From Macrostomum lignano (taxonomy: Eukaryota), in assembly GCA_002269645.1 (NCBI GenBank), contig NIVC01002055.1, positions 1,970 through 65,969 of the forward strand: a stretch of DNA of 64,000 bases, given 5' to 3'. Both the position numbers and the translations under genes were made by a program. Shown piece after piece: positions 35,430-47,586 of this stretch. The notes beneath the pieces are model-generated. The model saw nothing but the letters and a program-made list of their open reading frames with translations, was not told the origin of the DNA and ran no database searches. Every line of letters starts with the position of its first letter. Positions within the stretch are counted from its first letter, which is position 1.

Positions 35430-35798
35430 GTGCGTCAGACAAGCTGTCACGAGTCTAATAGGAGTTTCTATAGGGTGTCAGACAAGCTGTCACGAGTCTA
35501 ATAGGAGTTGCTATAGGGTGTCAGACAAAGCGTCAGGAGTCTAATAGGAGTTTCTATAGGGTGTCAGACAAAGCGTCAGGAGTCTAATAGGAGTTTCTAT
35601 AGGGTGTCAGACAAACTGTCAGGAGTCTAATAGGAGTTTCTATAGGGTGTCAGACAAACTGTCACGAGGCTAATAGGAGTTTCTATAGGGTGTCAGACAA
35701 ACTGTCAGGAGTCTAATAGGAGTTTCTATAGGGTGTCAGACAAACTGTCACGAGTCTAATAGGAGTTTCTATAGGGTGTCAGACAAGCTGTCAGGAGA
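35430..35798. repeat. 43-bp minisatellite (GTGTCAGACAAACTGTCAGGAGTCTAATAGGAGTTTCTATAGG)n, about 8.5 copies
   Basis: Period 43 (35461, 35504); contiguous, no spacers. Confidence 0.93.
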
Positions 35799-36167
35799 CA
35801 GAAAGAGGTCGCAAGCACAAAAAGATAGGAAAGCATAGTAGGAGCGTGGCTAAGGAACACATGTATGTATGGTTAAAATTGCATTATGTAATATAATTGG
35901 ATAAGAATAACTAACGCTTATAAGCTTTTCATTAGTCTAATAAACTGTTTAGGAAGTGCAGTTCTTATAATTCTCAATAGCACATACATCAATTTAGCAT
36001 TATATTATAGTCGATGGCGGTAATGACGCCACGTGACCAACATTGCTGAAGTCGACTTGGAATTTCAAATTTTCATCCAGATTCGGTGATGCAAGCTACA
36101 ATATATTCTTGAAAGTTCAGCCGGTAACTCTCTAAATTTAATTTTAGTTTTGACAGCAGCCTTTAAA

Positions 36168-37995
36168 CAGGCCCAAAACGGCTCTTAAACAGCCCTAAAA
36201 CAGCCCAAAACAGCCCCAAAGCAGCCCCAAAGCAGCCCTAAAACAGCCCAAAACAGCCCTAAAACAGCCCAAAACAGCCCTAAAACAGCCTTAAAACAGC
36301 CCTAAAACAGCCCTAAAACAGCCCTAAAACAGCCCTTAAACAGCCCCAAAACAGCCCCAAAGCAGCCCCAAAACAGCCCCAAAACAGCCCCTAAACAGCC
36401 TCAAAGCAGCCCTAAAACAGCCCTAAAACAGTCCTAAAACAGCCCCGAGATAGCCCTAAAACAGCCCCAAAACAGCCCTAAAACAGCCCCAAAACAGCCC
36501 CAAAACAGCCCCAAAACAGCCCCTAAACAGCCTCAAAGCAGCCCTAAAACAGCCCTAAAACAGCCCTAAAACAGTCCTAAAACAGCCCCAAAACAGCCCC
36601 AAAACAGCCCCAAAACAGCCCCAAAACAGCCCCAAAGCAGCCCTAAAACAGCCCCAAAGCAGCCCTAAAACAGCCCTAAAACAGTCCTAAAGCAGCCCTA
36701 AAACAGCCCCAAAACAGCCCCAAAACAGCCCCAAAACAGCCCCAAAGCAGCCCTAAAACAGCCCCAAAGCAGCCCTAAAACAGCCCCGAGACAGCCCTAA
36801 AACAGCTCCAAAACAGCCCCAAAGCAGCCCCAAAACAGCCCCAAAACAGCCCCAAAACAGCCCCAAAACAGCCCCAAAGCAGCCCTAAAACAGCCCTAAA
36901 ACTGTCCTAAAACAGCCCCGAGACAGCCCTAAAACAGCCCCAAAACAGCCCTAAAACAGCCCCAAAGAAGCCCCAAAACAGCCCCAAGAAAGCCCCAAAG
37001 CAGCCCTTAAACAGCCCCAAAAAGCCCCAAAACAGCCCCAAAACAGCCCCAAAACAGCCCCAAAGCAGCTCTAAAACAGCCCTAAAACAGTCCTAAAACA
37101 GCCCCGAGACAGCCCTAAAACAGCCCCAAAACAGCCCCAAAACAGCCCCAAAACAGCCCCAAAGCAGCCCTAAAGCAGCCCTAAAACAGTCCTAAAACAG
37201 CCCCGAGACAGCCCTAAAACAGCCCCAAAACAGCCCTAAAACAGTCCTAAAACAGGCCTAAAACAGCCCTAAAACAGTCCTAAAACAGCCCCAAAACAGC
37301 CCCAAAACAGCCCCAAAACAGCCCCAAAACAGCCCCAAAGCAGCCCTAAAACAGCCCCAAAGCAGCCCTAAAACAGCCCCGAGACAGCCCCAAAGCAGCC
37401 CTAAAGCAGCCCTAAAACAGCCCTAAAACAGTCCTAAAACAGCCCCAAAACAGCCCCAAAACAGCCCCAAAACAGCCCCAAAACAGCCCCAAAGCAGCCC
37501 TAAAACAGCCCCAAAGCAGCCCTAAAACAGCCCCGAGACAGCCCTAAAACAGCTCCAAAACAGCCCCAAAGCAGCCCCAAAACAGCCCCAAAACAGCCCC
37601 AAAACAGCCCCAAAACAGCCCCAAAGCAGCCCTAAAACAGCCCTAAAACAGTCCTAAAACAGCCCCGAGACAGCCCTAAAACAGCCCCAAAACAGCCCCA
37701 AAGAAACCCTAAAACAGTCCTAAAACAGCCCCAAGACAGCCCCAAAGCAGCCCTAAAGCAGCCCTAAAACAGCCCTAAAACAGCCCCAAAACAGCCCCAA
37801 AACAGCCCCAAAACAGCCCCAAAACAGCCCCAAAACAGCCCCAAAACAGCCCTAAAACAGTCCTAAAACAGCCCCGAGACAGCCCTAAAACAGCCCCAAA
37901 ACAGCCCTAAAACAGCCCCAAAGAAGCCCCAAAACAGCCCTAAAACAGCCCCAAGACAGCCCTAAAGCAGCCCTTAAACAGCCCCAAAAAGCCCC
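36168..37995. repeat. 11-bp minisatellite (CAGCCCYAAAA)n, about 165 copies, immediately 3' of the iGluR stop
   Basis: Direct reading; the sense (minus) strand is (TTTTRGGGCTG)n. Confidence 0.96.
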
Positions 37996-38046
37996 ATTTT
38001 CTGATCAAGGCTGAATCTCCTAATTAGATCCATAATCCGCAGACTC

Positions 38047-41000
38047 CTACGTCTGCCTCTTCAACACCTTAGTCCACAGCAGCTCCAGCAGCAGAATCAG
38101 AAGGCCCAAGCCGTAGAAGACGCAGGTAACGATGCAGCAACCGCCGATGCCCTCGAAGTTGATGGGATCCGTGTCCGATATGGTTTCGTCTTTGCAGCCG
38201 TTGTCCTTCGACCAGTAGATGTCGAACCAGCGCTGGATTTGGCCGGACTCGTGCAGCTTCTGCAGGCTGGAATTGATGAAGCACTTGTTTATAATGGAAA
38301 TGTTTGCTGGTTTGATTGACTTTTCTTCTCGTCCATGTTGACAGTTACGCATTATTATTACGCATTAGTAATTCTCTTTTGGAAATTTGGATATTCTCTA
38401 TGAGCCTCTGGTTCCAGGAAACGAAAGCCCCCAGGCCTCAGATGCGTAAAGAACAGTGCTTGCAACCATGGCTGAACAAAAGAGATTGAGTTGTCGGTGC
38501 TCCATTGTTTCAAGGCCAGTTTATTTTCTTAGAATCAACTATGGGATATGGACCCTTCGTGTTTAGATTCAATCCCAGATATTTCCACTTATGAAATGAT
38601 TCAACTGATTCAAACTGATTCAAACTGATTCAAACTCATTCAAATGATTCAATGAGTTGGCCCTGTTGCCTTTTGGGGTTGGAATGCTCTGTTGGAGTTT
38701 GCGTCACAACTGAGCAGCAAGATTTTTTCTGTATTGTCGCGACTTTTTAGTTATTTCTTCAGTTCACCTTCACTTGTCTCTGTTTACTCTGTTTTTCTCT
38801 CGCTCTGTCTCTCTAGTTTAATCTTGTTATTCTTATCTCTCACCCTCCCCGCCTTCTGATTGGCTCTCCATTCTTGCCTCTCTTTAGTCGCGCACTCCAC
38901 CCCTCCTTTTATTATCTGCACTTGACCCCCCAGTCGTCTTATACGACGTATAGTCGTAAATATACCCGTTCGGTTATTATTCTTTTACATGTATGTTTAT
39001 CTCCAGCTGGTGAATCTGATAGAATTCAGATATATTCCCAAGGCTTTTCAGTAGCTTCGCTATGTCCTCACTGAATATGACCAGGTCATCGCTGTATAGC
39101 AAACAAACTTTTTACCAACTAATTCAGGATGAAAGTTTTGCTGTGGAATGATTCTTTATTTCGCTGAGAGGATCAATATACAGACAAAGCAGTAATGGTG
39201 AAAAGGGGAAGTTGTTATGGTAAATGTACCGTCAGACAAAAAATGTCTTAAAATTTTGCCTCCAAGCTTGCTCTATCTAAATCCAATATCCAATCTAAAT
39301 CACGGACTTACTGAAAGTTAAACAAATCAGCATAGGGAGCATCTTCAGGAAACATAAAAGCGATTGTGCCAGTGTTGAACTGTTCGTTCGCTACGTAGTA
39401 CTGGGTGCAGTTCTTCAGCGCTATTGCCAGTAAGGCAGAATAGTCCTCCACGCAAGCTTGGTCTGCTCTGGGTGGCTGAAAGACAGAAAGACAGAAAGAA
39501 AGGCTTGTTCACACCACTGTCATCAAGTGAGGTACGTTACTCATCTTTTGCATGCCCGTATTCAACTATTGCCTGTGAAAACTTTACAAAATTAGATCAG
39601 TTTCGTTTTGAAACTGCACTGAAGTACATCCATCATTTGAACAACTTTCCCCTAGAGACATGTGTTGCGTTGCTAGGTGGTTTAAAATATTCTAAATACT
39701 CAAATTCAAAAGTTCATAAGGTTGTATGAATAAGATAAGCATTTGCTCACGAGAATATACATTTCAACTGTGTTTTTGGGCAGAAGTGAAATTTATTTGT
39801 TTGAAGTTGCTAAGTTAAAGTCCGAGTCTTCCCTCTTACTTTCGCGAGGCTACACTACGTGTCAGACTTTTAACCATAGACAAACTTCCTGCACGCAAAC
39901 CTACGTTAGACGGGCAGCTTTCCACATCCGGGTCGTACAGCACTACTTGTTCGGCAAGCTGCTTGTAGACGCCAGACTGCGCGTTGCTCAACAAATCGAA
40001 AAGATTCGTTCCTCTGCGCACGTAGGGCGTCACCGCAGTTTGGGTAACCAGGTCGTCCAGCGTCTTGATCGGATATTTAGTGACGGTGACAGTCAGGAAA
40101 GACGTCAGAACTCCTGAAATACCGGTATACAAAAAACGGCCATGCAGATCAGCAGCAGAAGTTTCCTGTTCGGATGAACCAGATTTAAAACTTCCTTAGA
40201 TTGTTTAACACTCTAACACTCTTTGAGGCAGAAATCTAGACAAAAGTGTTTGGCTTCAATGAATATCCCTATAGTCCGTCAAGTATTAAAATTTTAGAAG
40301 GGCTTGATCTGCGGTGTTTTGTTTGAAGGCGAAGACATAAATACTCAGTTTTCATTAAGAAATTCGACCTTACTGGCGTAAATTTTTAATAGCTATCATA
40401 GCTATCATTATACAAATTAGGGTCAAATTTGTGCACTTTTTAAGCAGCAGAAATATTGCATCGATAATTAGCTACGCACTATGCTAATTATCTATGCTAT
40501 GCTAACTACGCAGAGGAAAAAGAAGCAATCTTCAAGAGGTTTCATTTACCCGAGTAGATAGCATAGATAATGACTATGAAGAACCACCAGGAAGCCAGTA
40601 TGGCTCTGGCGGACATCGCAAACGGATAAAAGTCCTGGCCCTGCTGCAAGAAACTGCCGATGCAGCTCCACAGGTACTCCTTCAGCCACACCTCGTCGGC
40701 GACTGCATAGTCGGCACCCAGATTGAAGGCGGAGAACGGAGAGAAGAAGGCAAACAGCCAGGCGATCAGCGAGCAGCCAACAATGGTGCCGATTATGGTG
40801 AGCCAAACCTTGTAGGTGAAAGGCATGAACAGGTTCCACAGGCGGGACTCGCGCTCCGGCTTCGGCACCAGGATCCCGTTGGACTCTTGAAATAGGGCCG
40901 TTGAGTAGTCGATCACTCGGTCGCGAACGGCAGTCTTGGTGAAGGGCCCGGCTCCGATGTGCACCGTCTGTGAGGTCGGGGAAACCGAGGAGCAGTGATA

Positions 41001-43844
41001 AAAGTATTGACAACCCATGGCTGTGGTACTGGCGTAGGAGTGTACTGGAGCCAGTCGACCCGAAGCCATCGAGTTACTACTAAGCACGCCCACACGTTGC
41101 TTTTTACATTAGGTCTGATTTTCAAGACTCGGTTTTAAGAATTTTTAAGACAACGATGTAGCAACTATGCTGCAAATTCGAATGAATTACCCTCGTGACA
41201 TAAAATGCCCAGCGGGATTTCGTGTCTAATACTTCGTGGCTAATATATTAATCTCCAATCCTAGTATCATAGTATCATAGAGAGTCCTCAGTGACACTAG
41301 AGAACTCAAATCTAGGCTTGCGTAGGCCGATGCACCTCAGATTAAGGCTTAAAACCAGCGATCCGGCCTTCATGAGGTTTAGTCCATCTATTCGCTGTCC
41401 AACATTAGGTCTCACTTAGCTTTCAGAGACGTGAAGCAACGGATTGGGCTCGGATTTCTCACCCCTCGCTGCAGCTCGCCCACGCATCCGTTGTAGAACT
41501 CTGAGTCAGCCTGCGGCGAACCCCAGTTTCCATCGTCGGAGTCCTTTGTGATGAAGCTATATTGGTAAATACAAGTCATGCATGCAGTGTCTTTCTACGA
41601 CGCACTTGCACTGCATATCCACTAGAACGAGAAAGCAAACACTTACCGAAAATCCAGTTTCTCTGCCAGGTAGCGAAGAATGTCAACAGCCATACCGTTC
41701 AGTATTACAGTCTTGTTGGAAAAAGTGCGATTGAAAATTGTCATAGGAGAACTCTAAAATGATTTGTAAAGCAGAAAATTTAAGTTGCTAGCTGCGATCC
41801 AAACCGTATTGAGTAATTTCAATTAAAAATTATTCATGCACCTCAGGAGAACAAGCCACTATTGTGTCGTTCTTAAACCCCATGAATGTGTTTGGAAAAA
41901 CCAACTCGATATCTTTGTACCGAAACAGCAGCCGCATGTTTCCGGTTGATGCGTCAAATTTGACAGACTTTATCATTAAATTTGGAGAGGTTCGAAGTTC
42001 ATTGTAAGTGGCAACCAGTTCCAAGCCCTGCGAGCTGAAGTGCCGGCTAGAGCTATTGTATGAGATGACACCGCGACTCGTGTCATAGTGGCTGATCTGC
42101 AGTGAGTGGGGAGCACAGTGTTAACAAATGGAACATCGCGCTTGTGAAGCACTCAAGAAAACACTGTTTCTATGTCCTGCTGATGTACAGGTAAATGTCC
42201 CATTAAACGTTCTGTACTGTACAACAGCTCTGTCAAAATTTCAAATTTCAAATTTTCAAAATTTTAAGCCTCGGCACCAGCAACAGGATATTTGCACCCG
42301 CTCACACTGATCAGTTTGTGAAGCACAGTCGATCCAAAGCTCCACCGCTGCATCGGGAAGCAGGTGGCGTTGCTAGGAGAGAATCCCGGATCCGTTAGAG
42401 AATCGTCCAGCGCCCTGGCCATGGCTTCCACAGCGTCAACGAAGCGAACGTCCATCTCCTGCGTTTTAGGGTTTCAGGTGTAAGTTTGTAAACAAACAAG
42501 AAACCTATTGATAAACTCACCCACTCCGGCAACAGAAGACTACAATCACAAACCTTAATCCGGTGCAGCTGACATCCGGGAAACACGTCCATCACTGCTG
42601 CTGAGCACTCCTTAAAGACGCCGCCTCTAAGCAGAGCTACATTCGCGTTTGTCGGCGTCGCGCTGAGCAGCTCCGCCTCGGACAGCCCGGTGTCCAGCAG
42701 CAGCCAGAAATAGTTCTGCTGCATCACGCCGGCTTCGCTGGCCAGGCTGAGCACGCTGAGCACATTGCGCGGACTGGCGAGCAGCAGCAGCTTGAACACC
42801 TTCTTTTTCACAATGCGTCTCAGGTGCTGCACCAGCTGGGGTGTCACCGATTCGTTGGCAGCCGTGTCCACCTGGAACGTCAGGCTGCTCACTCCGGCAA
42901 CAGCGAGACCAGACTGCAGGCTCTGCAGCGACCTCATGCCTTTCAATGGGAAGTCAAGCGGCTGTAAAGAAACTGCAGTGTGACGTCAATCACAGGCATG
43001 AACTGTCACTCAACCAGGGAACTCACTCTGCTGCCTGTCAAACAGAATCGCCACGCTACTGACAATGGAATCGGAAGTGACGGCTTGGACTGCCGCATCC
43101 AGCATGTCCGAAAGTCGGTGGCTGCCCACCACTGTGTGACCTGTTGAAGGAATCGGTGAATGGCTTCAGTGATGGTGCATCAAATGGCGAGATTTAAAAG
43201 TGCTGCCTGACCTTTCAGCAGTGGTTCGGCATCGCACAGGGCCGTCGGCAGGGCGATGAACGGCAGCTTGAGGGACTCGCTGAATGAGGCCAGCTGGTCC
43301 AGCAGAGAGCAGCAGCCCACACCAATTAGGCCTGATAAGCCGGGCTCTGAGCACACTGCATGTAGGGTGGCGGATTGCTTGGCTGCTCAATGATGCATAA
43401 CTGAAACTGAAATAAACTTCCCAGGAAGACATCTTGTCAGTATCAAGACTGTGACAAAGCAAGTTGTCTGTTTCTGGCAGGGTGCAGCTTTATGTCCCGA
43501 GGTCAACCATTAGATACGTTTTTACCAGGCACAACCATTCTGTTTGTTACCGGTTGCACAGGTTTGTCACCTTTCAGACAGAAAACCACTCAAAGCCACT
43601 CACGAGTTTGCACTGCGAGCTGCGAGCTGCACCCGTCAACCGTCACGCGCACGAAGGACACCTCGTGATGAGGCAGGACTCGCCAGTTCGAGTTGATCCG
43701 CCTGGATGCCGCATTCTCAATCAGCGACTCGTTGATGAAGCCGTTCTGCACGACCAGTCCGATTTTGAAAGTCAGCGCAGATGAGGCGGACGCACAGATG
43801 AGGCAGCTGGCAATGAACTGGACCAGCGATCTTGAAGCAGTCAT
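38047..43844 (-). CDS. Divergent ionotropic glutamate receptor family member (ATD + LBD + pore), IR-like; 12 exons, 845 aa
   Basis: Exons 43844-43604, 43355-43212, 43140-43027, 42972-42554, 42458-42306, 42096-41842, 41753-41647, 41556-41463, 40967-40550, 40113-39905, 39475-39312, 38266-38047 (2538 nt), phases chain in frame. Signal peptide; S1 GNWG..NGCVGEL and GPFTKTAVRDRVIDYS; M1 PFTYKVW; pore SFLQQG; M3 WWFF..IYSGVLTSFLTV; IKTLDDL; pre-M4 Cys and M4. Confidence 0.92.
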
Positions 43845-45181
43845 GGCTTTCTCGCTTGGTGCTTTACCAGATAGGGCTACAGAGCTACAGATGCAAATGG
43901 GGGTGAATCAAGCTGGCTCAGGATGGAAGGGAGAAGATCCTGAAATAATATTTGCTAGTGCCTGCTGTCAGCCAATCGCAAAGCGCTACTTGAATTGCGG
44001 CTTGAAATTTACAGTAGTTTTATCATTTGAAAATTTATCATCAATTCACCGAATCCGTTCCTCCCGTGCAGCAGATAATTGAGTGGTCAGATGAGCATCT
44101 CATATAGCTCGTAAAATGCAGAGTTACGAGAGTAACGAGAACGCAAAAGCGCATAAATAGGCAGGCCTCCCCCTCACAGTTAAAACCTCATTACTCCGCA
44201 CCACATACATTGGCAAGCCACTGAACGCGGCGGAGTAATGGACAAAACAACTACAATTTCGGGACAACTGTAGAGAGTTATTAAACCATACCGTGATGCC
44301 CTACTTAAAGTAATATTCTAAGAAAGTCAATTTATTCTAGAATGAGTCATCTATTTTTAGGAATCACGCGCAAACAGAGTGATTTTGAACCCCACGTGAG
44401 AGCAACATTGTTTGATCAAGGAATCGGTTTCCAACAGCTGTATTTGCTTCACCCCATTCACGAGTATGGCAATGCTCAAACATACATAACAGCTCAATCA
44501 AGCATGAATGACCTAAGTAAATACCCAATTCCAAACCGGTTTTGCCCCAAAATTTTTCTATAAATATAAGTAAAAATCCGAGTAAAAAATTCAGACTCAG
44601 AGCGGTCTCTAAGACTCCGAAGAAACAAAGAAAAAAAGACCAATCTCTGAGGGACCACACGTCCGATTGGTAAGCGTTTACCGGATTCAGTTCTTTGATT
44701 GTTAGCGTTAATAAGTTGATTAATTGAGTTCACGAGAGCCCTTTGTTGTCGACACATTTGAGAAAAGCCTCCCTGTTTCCTAGGATGTATTCCTAGAGGA
44801 TTTATTGATTTGAGCTATCCGTTACGTTTCCGACGTAACGAAGAAGACGCCCCTTCAGGAGGACCCATTGCAGAAACCTAGAGAATTCAATTGTGCATTA
44901 AGGCGCACGTTTTATTGTTAATTCCGAGTTCGAGGACCGTAGCTCGTAAAGACTTCGGATTCGCTTTCGCTTTTGGTCGATCCACAGATAAAATCAACGA
45001 CTCACAGAAACATTACCTCACCGCTGCCGAAACAAGAAGTCAAGAGCTACTAAAGGATCCGCTACAGTAAGAGATATTTGACTTTGCACATGCCGTGGCA
45101 CTTGTTACCCATTGTCTAGAAGTGGGAGTTTTTGAGTGACTGATCACCACTCTTAAAATCTACACAACGTTAGCAAAGAAA

Positions 45182-45445
<264 letters not shown>

Positions 45446-45834
45446 ACACAGAAAAGAGGTGCCAATCAAAGGCAAAAGACGATTTTTGGTCATCTTTGTT
45501 AGAATTTTTTCAAAGTAAATTTAGCTGCGTTTATGTGCATTCGATAGAAATCCGGTCAAATCGCTGAACTTTTCCGTGGCATAAAAATCAATAATTTTGT
45601 GGCTATTGATAGCAAACTTTACTAGCACTGCAGTTTAGTCTATAAAAGTCACTGCATAACGCTAACATTGAAAAAGTTATTTAACAGACAGATTCGCACA
45701 CAAAAATCTTGATAGCATTGCCCACTCGCATTTCGAGTTAAACTGATAAAAAAAGTCTTCGGACTCAGGAATCATTTTGAAAACCGCATCTTTGCCTTCG
45801 GAGCAGCCTGCTCATTCCAGTTGGACTCCTCCAC

Positions 45835-47278
45835 GACTGACTGACTGACTTGAGTGAGTGGGTGACTGACTGACTGACTGACTGACTGACTGACTTGAGT
45901 GAGTGGGTGACTGACTGACTGACTGACTGACTGACTGACTGACTGACTGACTGACTGACTGACTGACTGACTGACTGACTGACTGACTGACTGACTGACT
46001 GACTGACTGACTGACTGACTGACTGACTGACTGACTGACTGACTGACTGACTGACTGACTGACTGACTTGAGTGAGTGGGTGACTGACTGACTGACTGAC
46101 TGACTGACTGACTGACTGACTGACTGACTGACTGACTGACTGACTGACTGACTGACTGACTGACTGACTGACTGACTGACTGACTGACTGACTGACTGAC
46201 TGACTGACTGACTGACTGACTGACTGACTGACTGACTGACTGACTGACTGACTGACTGACTGACTGACTGACTGACTGACTGACTGACTGACTGACTGAC
46301 TGACTGACTGACTGACTTGAGTGAGTGGGTGACTGACTGACTGACTGACTGACTGACTGACTGACTGACTGACTGACTGACTGACTGACTGACTGACTGA
46401 CTGACTGACTGACTGACTGACTGACTGACTGACTGACTGACTGACTGACTGACTGACTGACTGACTGACTGACTGACTGACTTGAGTGAGTGGGTGACTG
46501 ACTGACTGACTGACTGACTGACTGACTGACTGACTGACTGACTGACTGACTGACTGACTGACTGACTGACTGACTGACTGACTGACTGACTGACTGACTG
46601 ACTGACTGACTGACTGACTGACTGACTGACTGACTGACTGACTGACTGACTTGAGTGAGTGGGTGACTGACTGACTGACTGACTGACTGACTGACTGACT
46701 GACTGACTGACTGACTGACTGACTGACTGACTGACTGACTGACTGACTGACTGACTGACTGACTGACTGACTGACTGACTGACTGACTGACTGACTGACT
46801 TGAGTGAGTGGGTGACTGACTGACTGACTGACTGACTGACTGACTGACTGACTGACTGACTGACTGACTGACTGACTGACTGACTTGAGTGAGTGGGTGA
46901 CTGACTGACTGACTGACTGACTGACTGACTGACTGACTGACTGACTGACTGACTGACTGACTGACTGACTGACTGACTGACTGACTGACTGACTGACTGA
47001 CTGACTGACTGACTGACTGACTGACTGACTGACTGACTGACTGACTGACTGACTGACTGACTTGAGTGAGTGGGTGACTGACTGACTGACTGACTGACTG
47101 ACTGACTGACTGACTGACTGACTGACTGACTGACTGACTGACTGACTGACTGACTGACTGACTGACTGACTGACTGACTGACTGACTGACTGACTGACTG
47201 ACTGACTGACTGACTGACTGACTGACTGACTGACTGACTGACTGACTGACTGACTGACTGACTGACTGACTGACTGAC
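45835..47278. repeat. (GACT)n microsatellite with nine TTGAGTGAGTGGGT interruptions
   Basis: Direct reading. Confidence 0.97.
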
Positions 47279-47586
47279 CGAAAGAGCCAGTGCCTCAAGA
47301 AAACATTGGAGAAGATAGCTCGTATTTGAGAGCTTTTAAGCTAAGCATAATTTATTGTATTTACCTTTTTACTATAAGGTTTATAAAGAACCACTAGCTA
47401 CTTAGTATTAAGGATCAATAAACTTTATACCGCGCTCGCTGTTATTAACCAACATAAATAAGTCTTTGCACAACATTTAGCAGTAGTCACGGCTACTATA
47501 AGCAGAGTAAATTGTGGTTAAACAGGTTGTCGATGCGCAAACAGTCTTTGTTGGAAAAAATGGGAATCGATCGGAGAGAATGCAGG

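Noticed and set aside
35430-35798. 43-bp repeat as a CRISPR array
   Set aside because: Units are contiguous with no unique spacers, there are no cas genes, and the context is eukaryotic.
36168-37995. True interstitial telomeric sequence
   Set aside because: TTAGGG occurs only inside an 11-bp unit with CTG and many GGGG variants, not as (TTAGGG)n. Kept only as a G4 finding.
44189-44240. 11-bp inverted repeat CATTACTCCGC / GCGGAGTAATG upstream of the iGluR
   Set aside because: About one such stem is expected by chance in a window this size; no other support.
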